Below, piece by piece: positions 21,800-29,489 of a DNA stretch of 31,363 nt. The position numbers were made by a program, and so were the translations under genes. The DNA comes from Fimbriimonadales bacterium (GTDB lineage Bacteria; Armatimonadota; Fimbriimonadia; Fimbriimonadales; JABRVX01). Position 1 is the stretch's first letter, and every line of letters starts with the position of its first letter. Location: contig BTVI01000036.1 of assembly GCA_045862955.1 (NCBI GenBank), positions 1-31,363 of the forward strand, read 5' to 3'. The notes beneath the pieces were generated by a model. The model was not told the DNA's origin. It saw only the letters and a list, made by a program, of their open reading frames with translations, and ran no database searches.

Positions 21800-22666
21800 C
21801 TACTTGAGTTCGGGCCAGGGGTCGCGGAACTGGTTCTCCAGAGTCTGCTGCGCAGGCAGGCCGCGCAGGATGGTCACGTCCGTCCACATTTGGCTCGGAT
21901 AGATGGTCTGTGCGAATCGCAGAGTCTTCGCGTGCGTATCAGCGAAGATCCAGTTGTGCTTCTTGTCGTGATTGAAGAACAGACCGTACACCTGGCTGGG
22001 GGTGCCATCGGTATCGCAATACGCGCATGCGCATGCTCCGCGCACCATGCACCAGTCACCGAGGTCGGGCGGTGTGCCGCGCGTCTCCAGGATGTAGATC
22101 ACGTTAGCGGGGGTCTGGAGCTCCGCCGACCTGCGTGGGCGCTGTCTGGTCGCCTTGCCTTCTGCCATGGGCTCCGACTCGTGAAACCATGTTCCGTTGT
22201 ACGCATAGCTCTTGGGTAGCCACTCGGGCCTATCTTCTGGCCTGTCGGTAGCACGGCCGTAGCAGTGATTCGACTCGATTCCGGGATAGTCGCTCCACCA
22301 CTTCTCTGCAAACTTCCACGCGAACGGGTTGGACGGACACTTCTGCACGTTCTTGTCCTTCACGTACGGCATGATGGCCCGCTTCCAGTCGTAGCACGAG
22401 CCGTGCAGGTCCCCCCAACCGCTCCCTGCGTTTCGCCCGTGCGCGGGGTCCGGGAAGCGGTTCATGGGATAGGTGCCGTTGTAGCTCGTCATGTACACCT
22501 CGATGGCGACGGCCATCTGGCGTTGATTGGACAAGCATACGCGAAGCTGTGCCGCCTTGCGAGCGTTGGCAAACACCGGGAAGAGAATCGCCGCCAAGAT
22601 GGCTATGATGGCGATAACCACGAGGAGTTCGATAAGCGTAAAGCCCTTCGCACGGCCAGGGGACAT
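21800..22666 (-). CDS. Prepilin-type N-terminal cleavage/methylation protein (DUF1559 / H-X9-DG-like)
   Basis: MSPGRAKG|FTLIELLVVIAIIAILAAILFPVFANAR, C.SNQRQ, CPS, SYAYN, C-terminal HDKKHNWIFADTHAK; GGAGG SD before ATG 22666. Confidence 0.92.
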   Translation of the reverse strand: MSPGRAKGFTLIELLVVIAIIAILAAILFPVFANARKAAQLRVCLSNQRQMAVAIEVYMTSYNGTYPMNRFPDPAHGRNAGSGWGDLHGSCYDWKRAIMPYVKDKNVQKCPSNPFAWKFAEKWWSDYPGIESNHCYGRATDRPEDRPEWLPKSYAYNGTWFHESEPMAEGKATRQRPRRSAELQTPANVIYILETRGTPPDLGDWCMVRGACACAYCDTDGTPSQVYGLFFNHDKKHNWIFADTHAKTLRFAQTIYPSQMWTDVTILRGLPAQQTLENQFRDPWPELK

Positions 22667-22699
22667 GATTCCCTCCATCGGGCGCGATGCCCAGCATCC

Positions 22700-22728
22700 A
22701 TTATAAGACCTTACTGCTGAGGTGTCAA
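22700..22728 (-). promoter_or_regulatory. Perfect consensus sigma70 promoter for the prepilin-type gene
   Basis: Minus strand TTGACA (22728-22723)-N17-TATAAT (22705-22700). Confidence 0.9.
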
Positions 22729-22977
22729 CGTTCCTGCACCCGAGGCTGCCGAGGAGCCGGAGAGCGCACCGCTTCGAGATCGTCGCGAGGGGCGCATGCG
22801 GAGGCGGCGGAACCAAGCCTCCGACCTCTCAGCCAGTGCGCACGCGGGGCCGAGCAGAAACGCGCCGGCAAGTATGGCCGCCGTCGCATCGAGGAAGTGG
22901 GCGAGCGCGGCCAGGAAGCCGACGAGTAGCAAACTCCAACAAAGGCCGACAACGGCGGCAAACATGACCCGCTCCAA
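22711..22977 (-). CDS. Putative small membrane protein
   Basis: Two hydrophobic segments followed by a basic tail; GGAG before ATG 22965; fills an otherwise empty gap. Confidence 0.45.
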   Translation of the reverse strand: MERVMFAAVVGLCWSLLLVGFLAALAHFLDATAAILAGAFLLGPACALAERSEAWFRRLRMRPSRRSRSGALSGSSAASGAGTLTPQQ

Positions 22978-23122
22978 GGTGGTGAGATCGGTCCTCTACT
23001 GAAGACTACGCACTGGAATTGTTGGAGTTTCCGGAACGGAAGTGGAGGCCACGGAGGGCGTAATCGTGGGGGTACGATCCCGATTGCACGAAGCCGCGCC
23101 GTCGGCGTTTCCGGAGGTCACC

Positions 23123-26100
23123 ATGTCCGCATCCTTCCTAGCCATCGTCCTCCTCGCGACTCTCTCGCAAGGCAAAGCGAACGACCTCTCGTCATTCCCT
23201 GCTGGACCCCTCGGCCCATGGAAGGTGGTGTCGGGAGACTGGAGCGTACAGGGCGGACAGCTCGTGCAGACGGGGGCGAGCTTCGACCTGTGCGCCATGA
23301 CGGCTCGAACCACCTCGGACAAGGCATTCCGGATCACTGTTCGCTTCGAACCGATGGCTGACTTCGTGGGCGGGGGCCTCGTGTTCGGCGCTTCGCGGGC
23401 GGACAGCATCGCCGAGAGCATGATGGTTCGGCTGGACAACGATGTGCTGCTGTACGGCTACTTCGACGACAAGAAGGTGTTCCAGCCGACAGGAACCCGC
23501 GACGTAGCGCTGCGCTCGGGCCCCCGCACGCTGAGCGTCGTAGCCGATCCAGGCAAGCACGCCTACTCGATATATGTGGACGGCTCGCGTCTTGTCTCTA
23601 ACGCGCCCTTGGAGTTCGAGCGAGGCTGGGTCGGCCTGATGTCGTGTGGCGGCCCGCATCGCTTCCTCTCGCTGCAGATCGCGGATGCAGGACCAGCGGA
23701 CACTGCCGACCTGCATGCGTCGGTCATGCCGCAGCCGTTCAGCATCGCGGCGGGAGCGCACTACCTTTATGTGCTGACCAAGGCAGAGCGCCCGATCCAG
23801 GTGTGGAGTCGCGATGGGGCGCTGCTGCGGTCGCTCGGCGAGGGACTGCAAGGGGCACGACGCATCTCGGTGATCCCGGCTGCTCCGGGCACGATCTCGG
23901 AGACGCTGGTCGTGGAGACGCGAGCTGGCCTGGTGCTGATCGACTCGCGCTCGGGGGCGGTTAGCAGACGACTGCCTAAGTCGGAGGGAGTCGAGACGGG
24001 CTGCCTCGCACGTCCGGGAGGTGAGTGGGCTTACGTGTGGTTGGGCTCGGATGGGCACGTGACTCTTCAGCCGTTGCCGCCTGCCACGGGCTCGCCGACG
24101 GTTCACCTCACGCCACAGGTGCAGAAGCCCGCTCATGCCGCATGGCGTGACGGCAAGCTGTACGTGGTAGACAGCGATACGGAACGCGCGCGCTTCGTCA
24201 CACACATCTACGGATGGAGTGGAGAGGAGCCGGTGTTCGAGCGCACGGTACCGACGTGGCTCGATCCGCAGTCGCTCGCAATCACGCGCGAAGGCAATCT
24301 CGTTTACACTGGCGGCCTGGGCTACTACGAGCCTGGTGGAGCAGTGCGAATCCTTCGACCCGACGGCTCCCGGGTGGCTCACGCCGCCATGTTCCCCTAT
24401 GGCACACTCAGCAAGCGCTCGGCGGTCGCGGTCGGCCCGGACGACCGCATCTACGTCGCCGACCCGGGAGCGAATGCGGTCTTCATCTATCCACCGGACC
24501 TAACAGAACCGGACCCGGTGGTTACCACTCGTCCCGGGGAGGCACACATCCGATGGATTGCGCCGATCGCGCGTGGCGCCAAGGTTACGTACGGTACGAG
24601 CGCGAACGGCTTCGGCTGGAAGGAGATGCGTGCGAAGCGCTTGGGCGATGGGTGGGAGGTGTTCCTAACCGACCTCGAACCGAACACGCGCTACTACTAC
24701 CGCTTTACCCCCGGGCCCGAGATGCTGCCGGAGACGAGGCCCTCGCGGGTGTACAGCTTCGTCAGCGCCCCCGAGAAGGGGTACCGGCAGGCGGTGGAAG
24801 TGCGAGTGGTGGTAGCCATCTATCTCAGCACCTACGCCGATGAGAAGCACCGTTGGACTATCCCCGAAGCGGGCGTGGTGGACAAGGTTCGGCGCGAGTT
24901 CGAGAAGAGCCGCCTATTCTATTGGCGAAACAGCCGCTGTCGCTTTCACGTGAACATAGCCGACTACGTGCTGATCCGAGACCGTGAGGCTATCGTGAAA
25001 GGTGGCTGGCTGGAGCCCACCCAGGTGCGTCGCGACCTCGATAGCGTCCTGAAGTCGCAAGGCAAGGCCGCCGCCGACTACGACTCGATAGTGGCCACCT
25101 GGGCCGAGCCGGGCTTCGACCCGAACACCGATGACGAACTGGGGGCGGTAGGGGGCGGTGGACTAACGCCGCCGCGCTACTCGTGCTTCGGCATCTCGGG
25201 GCGGCTGAACTGGCTGATGGTGCACGAGTTCAACCACCAGATAGACGCCTTCTATGACATGTCGGGCTCCATCGAGTACTGGCTCAACCACCCGGACTAC
25301 ACGATCCACCCAGGTAGATATGGCCAGCACTTCGACTGCAACGCCTACCTGAATCGGCTGTGGCGCGATGATGAGTACCTCACCGCCCGATTCGGGCGCA
25401 TCGTCACGTACGAGGACCGTGACGAGGACGGCATGCCGGACAACGACTTCCGGTTCCCCATGGATGAGGCGCGCTTCGGCTCCGATCCAACGAAGAAGGA
25501 CACGGACGTGGACGGGCTGGACGACCTCGCGGAGTTCATGGCAGGCACCTTCAGTGCGAGCGACCCGACGAACTCGGACACCGATGGAGACGGGTTGAAG
25601 GACGGCGAGGACCCTTGGCCCCTCTATGAAGCGTCGCCCGAGATCCTGCATCGAGACTCCACCACTGCCCGTCAACCGATCGGGCTCGTGGACCCAAACA
25701 GCCGCTATCTGCGAGGGAGCGACCCGTCCGGGTCCGGTCAGCCGGGGTTCGGCGAGTACCTAGGCTATGCCAAGTTGAACTGGCACGAACAGGGCCTAAC
25801 GTTGACCCTGATGCCGCCGCGCGATTTCCGATACCGCCAAGCGCCCGTGAAGACCTCGCCGATGCGCGTGGAGTTCGACGTGGACTTCGACAACGACGGT
25901 TGGTTCAGCGGGCAGGGTAACTTCGAGTTCCGGTTCGACACCGGGTCGGGCAGCAGCACGAAGGGCACGACGCTCCGCAAGGACGGAGACGCCTGGGTGT
26001 TGGACATCCCCGCTTCGACCCTGGGGGTCCAGAGGATCGAGCCTGGGAGGAAGATCGGTATTCGTCTCCGCGCGGAGCAGGACAAGCGGGCCGTGAGCGC

Positions 26101-26140
26101 CTTCGATCCCTGGTCGCTGCTCGAGATGGAGCTGCGCTAG
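23123..26140 (+). CDS. Large secreted multidomain protein: beta-sandwich, beta-propeller, FN3-like, HEXXH domain, Ca-binding DxDxDG repeats
   Basis: GGAGGT SD before ATG 23123; signal peptide; VAVGPDDRIYVAD (NHL-like), LTDLEPNTRYYYR (FN3), HEFNH, DRDEDGMPD/DTDVDGLDD/DTDGDGLKD. Confidence 0.8.
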   Translation: MSASFLAIVLLATLSQGKANDLSSFPAGPLGPWKVVSGDWSVQGGQLVQTGASFDLCAMTARTTSDKAFRITVRFEPMADFVGGGLVFGASRADSIAESMMVRLDNDVLLYGYFDDKKVFQPTGTRDVALRSGPRTLSVVADPGKHAYSIYVDGSRLVSNAPLEFERGWVGLMSCGGPHRFLSLQIADAGPADTADLHASVMPQPFSIAAGAHYLYVLTKAERPIQVWSRDGALLRSLGEGLQGARRISVIPAAPGTISETLVVETRAGLVLIDSRSGAVSRRLPKSEGVETGCLARPGGEWAYVWLGSDGHVTLQPLPPATGSPTVHLTPQVQKPAHAAWRDGKLYVVDSDTERARFVTHIYGWSGEEPVFERTVPTWLDPQSLAITREGNLVYTGGLGYYEPGGAVRILRPDGSRVAHAAMFPYGTLSKRSAVAVGPDDRIYVADPGANAVFIYPPDLTEPDPVVTTRPGEAHIRWIAPIARGAKVTYGTSANGFGWKEMRAKRLGDGWEVFLTDLEPNTRYYYRFTPGPEMLPETRPSRVYSFVSAPEKGYRQAVEVRVVVAIYLSTYADEKHRWTIPEAGVVDKVRREFEKSRLFYWRNSRCRFHVNIADYVLIRDREAIVKGGWLEPTQVRRDLDSVLKSQGKAAADYDSIVATWAEPGFDPNTDDELGAVGGGGLTPPRYSCFGISGRLNWLMVHEFNHQIDAFYDMSGSIEYWLNHPDYTIHPGRYGQHFDCNAYLNRLWRDDEYLTARFGRIVTYEDRDEDGMPDNDFRFPMDEARFGSDPTKKDTDVDGLDDLAEFMAGTFSASDPTNSDTDGDGLKDGEDPWPLYEASPEILHRDSTTARQPIGLVDPNSRYLRGSDPSGSGQPGFGEYLGYAKLNWHEQGLTLTLMPPRDFRYRQAPVKTSPMRVEFDVDFDNDGWFSGQGNFEFRFDTGSGSSTKGTTLRKDGDAWVLDIPASTLGVQRIEPGRKIGIRLRAEQDKRAVSAFDPWSLLEMELR

Positions 26141-26661
26141 GCGACGCGATAGCTGCGCCACCGGTCGAGGGACCGAACTGCCTGCTCCCACTCGGCACGC
26201 CAGGCATCCAGGGTGCTTTTCGGCAGGTCCCGATGGCGCAGTGCATCCGTGGCCAGGCGGGACCGAAGGTTCTCGTCCAGCATTACGCCCGGCGAATCCT
26301 CGCCGGGGTGCTCCAGATGCGTGGTCTCTTTGACTGCCAGGTACCAGTCGAAGTGCGCACCTAGCTTGCCGGACGTGCGGTCTGCGGGCCGGAAGCGCGT
26401 AGCCGCATAGTCCAGTGCAAAGCGCGCCAGCCCCAACGCGTCTGCCCCCGCTACCTTGTAGCGGAAGCGAGTGCTGTTCGCCGTGTCCACGAGCCAAGCG
26501 ACGGGAGGCGTGCGCCCACACGCGAGGTGGCCGCGGATGTAGGACAGCGCCAGGAGACCGGTCGTATCGAGCCTCGCCTCTGTGGCTCCCGACCGTATGG
26601 CCAGGACGCCGAGCGCGGTGAGCACATCCGTCTCCGCGATCGCGAATCGGTTTGCCGCCAT
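26137..26661 (-). CDS. Hypothetical protein
   Basis: 174-aa ORF filling the gap with protein-like composition; candidate upstream promoter; no recognised motif. Confidence 0.6.
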   Translation of the reverse strand: MAANRFAIAETDVLTALGVLAIRSGATEARLDTTGLLALSYIRGHLACGRTPPVAWLVDTANSTRFRYKVAGADALGLARFALDYAATRFRPADRTSGKLGAHFDWYLAVKETTHLEHPGEDSPGVMLDENLRSRLATDALRHRDLPKSTLDAWRAEWEQAVRSLDRWRSYRVA

Positions 26662-26722
26662 CTCTGATGATCATCGGCGGGCCGATCACACTCCCGCATT
26701 GGGCGGGGAAACATATTTAGCC

Positions 26723-26752
26723 ATGCTATGAAATAAGAAGGCCTGTTGTCAA
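26723..26752 (-). promoter_or_regulatory. Candidate sigma70 promoter for 26137..26661
   Basis: Minus strand TTGACA-N18-TAGCAT in an AT-rich patch. Confidence 0.5.
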
Positions 26753-26884
26753 GACTTTGGCACCGAATTGGGTGCTGAACCTGTTCGAATACACCCAGCG
26801 AACATTCCTTTGGCCTTGTCTTGACTGTCTTTCGGCTCCGATAATCGGGATAATGGGTTACGGCTTCGGCAAGGACCTGCTACC

Positions 26885-27856
26885 ATGATCCGTACGTCAA
26901 GACCGATCGGTGAACCGAAGAGGCTTGCCGTCATATCGGCTGCCGCTTGTCTGCTAGGGCTCGCGTTCGCCTCGGGCCTGCCCACGCGGCGCGATCAGGA
27001 CGACGCCCCCCCTACATGCCAAGAGTGCCATGCCGAGACGGCGGCAATGTGGCAGAACTCGCTGCACCGAGGCTATCTCCAGCGCCATCTGGGGGTGGCC
27101 GCAGCAGACTGCTCGCACTGCCACGGTGACACGAGCGCACACCTGGCTGACCCGAGCGAGGACAACATCGGCCGCTTCATACCGAAGAAAGCCGACAACG
27201 TTCGCCAGGCCGCCCGTCTGTGCGCGGGCTGCCACAAGAGCGTGGTGAGCGAGCGAAACTGGGCGTCCACACCCCACCCATCGGCAGGCATCTCTTGCTT
27301 CGACTGCCACCGCGTGCATGGGCCCGATGACGCCTACGCACATCTTCACCTGAGCACCAGTGGCACGCCGAAGTTGCCTGCCGTCGCCGGACAGGTCGAC
27401 TCGCCCACGCAGGTCGTGAATGCCGCGTGCGTCGCGTGCCACAAGGACGTAGCTGGGCAACTTCGCGCACGATCCCACCACCCGATGCTGGAGGGTCGCG
27501 TGAAGTGCACGGATTGCCACGAGGTGCACCGCTCGACTGAGACGGCCCTGCTGCCCGCGGGCCGTGACATTCGCGATGTGTGCACCGGTTGCCACACCGA
27601 CCGGCGCGGGCCGTTCGTTTTCGAGCACGAGCCGGTTCATGCCTCAGGGCTGGGAGAGGGTTGCATCACCTGCCACCGCCCGCACGGGTCGCCCAACCCG
27701 AAGCTCGCGCCCTACTTCGGACGGGCCTTGTGCATGCAGTGCCACACCGACATCCTGGAGGACGGAGCGCATCGCAGCCGACCAGGCAACTGCTGGCGCG
27801 CCGGGTGTCACGCTGCCATCCACGGCTCCAATCGCAGCGAGGCGTTCCTTGAGTAG
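26885..27856 (+). CDS. Periplasmic decaheme c-type cytochrome, MtrA/DmsE/PioA family
   Basis: Signal peptide; CQECH, CSHCH, CAGCH, CFDCH, CVACH, CTDCH, CTGCH, CITCH, CMQCH plus CWRAGCH; family motifs RSHHP..EG, RGPFVFEHEPV, PHGS, IHGSN. Confidence 0.92.
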   Translation: MIRTSRPIGEPKRLAVISAAACLLGLAFASGLPTRRDQDDAPPTCQECHAETAAMWQNSLHRGYLQRHLGVAAADCSHCHGDTSAHLADPSEDNIGRFIPKKADNVRQAARLCAGCHKSVVSERNWASTPHPSAGISCFDCHRVHGPDDAYAHLHLSTSGTPKLPAVAGQVDSPTQVVNAACVACHKDVAGQLRARSHHPMLEGRVKCTDCHEVHRSTETALLPAGRDIRDVCTGCHTDRRGPFVFEHEPVHASGLGEGCITCHRPHGSPNPKLAPYFGRALCMQCHTDILEDGAHRSRPGNCWRAGCHAAIHGSNRSEAFLE

Positions 27857-29480
27857 GGCACTCACCCTCCTCACGGTGGCAGTCGCTGCGAGTGCGTACG
27901 CGCAGTCGTGGGAGGTGGAGGCGGACCTCGGTTGGAGCGGCCTGGATACGGGTGGCAATCAGACTAGATTGCGCCAGTACCGAACACTACCAGAAGGGTG
28001 GTACGTGCCCCGCGTAGGTGTCACGATCACCGAGCCGGGGTATCGCCTAACGAGCGGCTGGCTGACGCCCGGCGAGGGCGACTACATGGGTGTCGCTCGC
28101 TGTGTGGCGTCGGAGCAAGGGCACTGGATGCGCGCGAGTTGGGATCGGTTCCGCTACTTCGCGGACCCGACGGTGCTCTTCGACACCGCCTCGCAGACCG
28201 AGTCGCGGCAGGTTGCGGTCCATATGGATGGTGGGCCGAGCGGAGCGTCCCTCGACTTTCGTGCAGCGGACAGGTGGGTGCGGCAGCCCGACATCATTCG
28301 GCTTCGTCCCGGGAGTGGCTACGAGTATCGAAGCCTGGCCTATGAGGCTGCTGTGGCGCTACCCATCCGCGGCGGCTCGCTGCGCGCCGACTTTCGTGCG
28401 GTCGGGCTGGACGATGCGACGGCGCGCGCGCCAACGGGCTGGACGAGAGAGCTCGCGCTGAGTGGCGAGCGCGAACTGGGCGAGACGCTGCAGGCACGCC
28501 TGTTCTACCGCGACCAGCGCACCGACCAAGACGGATACACGTCGGCATCGGCGAGGCAGTGGGGGGGCGGAGCCACCTGGTCCCCGCGGCCCGACATTCG
28601 CCTGCGAGTGGATGGTAGGCTATCGCGAGTCGCCCTGCCGATGACCGTCAGTCGGCACGCATCGAACCGAGACCGAGTGACCACCGAAGTGACGTGGCGG
28701 CCGTCTCGCGGGGCCAGCTTGACCGGCACCTACGAGTACGCGGCATGGTTGCTGGAGCAAGACGGCATGCCGTTCTCGGAGAGCACAGCGAGTCACCTGG
28801 TGCGGCTGGTAGGGCGTCGCTCGGACCCGTCACTCGGGCTACTGCAACTACGCTACGAGCAGGGATACCTGCTCGACCCGCCGATCACTACCATCGCAAC
28901 TCTGGTGAGCTCTGCCAGCCTGTATGCCGATAGGTGGCAGCGTCTTTCCGGCACGTGGACGCGCGACTTGGGAGCCGCGTCGTCCGCTCACGCAGAGGCC
29001 AGATGGACCGAGAAACGACTGACCGCGCGGGACCTCGCGCTCCGAACGCTATGGGTGGGTGGTGGTCTCAGCATCGCACCCACCGACACGCTAACGGCAT
29101 CGCTCGACTACTACTGGGAAAGCTACGACCTCTCTCTGTGGGATTCCGATCCCTTCGATCTGAACGATGGCAACAGCGGTGACCTGGGGTCCGGGCTGGC
29201 GAGCCGGCCTTATTCCTCTCGCGCCGACACGCTGACTGGCGCCCTATCGTGGCTGGCGAGTGAGCGCACTTCCCTGTCCGCGAGCATCTCCTTGCGCAAT
29301 GGTTACGGTGGTGAGCGCGGCACCTATCTGGGCTATGGAATCGAGTTACAGCACAGCATCGGGAGCCGCCTCGCCCTCGCACTCAGTTACCTGCGCGAGG
29401 AGTTCAGCGATGATTTCGTCAGCCTCTACGACTATGACGCGAACGTCCTTCGCCTGTCCTTGCGCGCCGCGTTTCCTTGA
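27849..29480 (+). CDS. Outer-membrane beta-barrel, MtrB/PioB-like porin
   Basis: TTG start overlapping the cytochrome stop with GAGG upstream; signal peptide MSRALTLLTVAVAASAYA; RLRQYRTLPEG resembles the MtrB/PioB N-terminal motif; alternating beta-strand pattern with aromatic residues; ends LRLSLRAAFP. Confidence 0.75.
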   Translation: MSRALTLLTVAVAASAYAQSWEVEADLGWSGLDTGGNQTRLRQYRTLPEGWYVPRVGVTITEPGYRLTSGWLTPGEGDYMGVARCVASEQGHWMRASWDRFRYFADPTVLFDTASQTESRQVAVHMDGGPSGASLDFRAADRWVRQPDIIRLRPGSGYEYRSLAYEAAVALPIRGGSLRADFRAVGLDDATARAPTGWTRELALSGERELGETLQARLFYRDQRTDQDGYTSASARQWGGGATWSPRPDIRLRVDGRLSRVALPMTVSRHASNRDRVTTEVTWRPSRGASLTGTYEYAAWLLEQDGMPFSESTASHLVRLVGRRSDPSLGLLQLRYEQGYLLDPPITTIATLVSSASLYADRWQRLSGTWTRDLGAASSAHAEARWTEKRLTARDLALRTLWVGGGLSIAPTDTLTASLDYYWESYDLSLWDSDPFDLNDGNSGDLGSGLASRPYSSRADTLTGALSWLASERTSLSASISLRNGYGGERGTYLGYGIELQHSIGSRLALALSYLREEFSDDFVSLYDYDANVLRLSLRAAFP

Positions 29481-29489
29481 GGTGTCGAA

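Noticed and set aside
27564..27848. Long N-terminal extension of the porin ORF (likewise track starts 1581, 13298, 22816, 23042, 6008)
   Set aside because: These extensions overlap neighbouring genes or promoters or lack an SD. Downstream starts have better SD, promoter or signal-peptide support.
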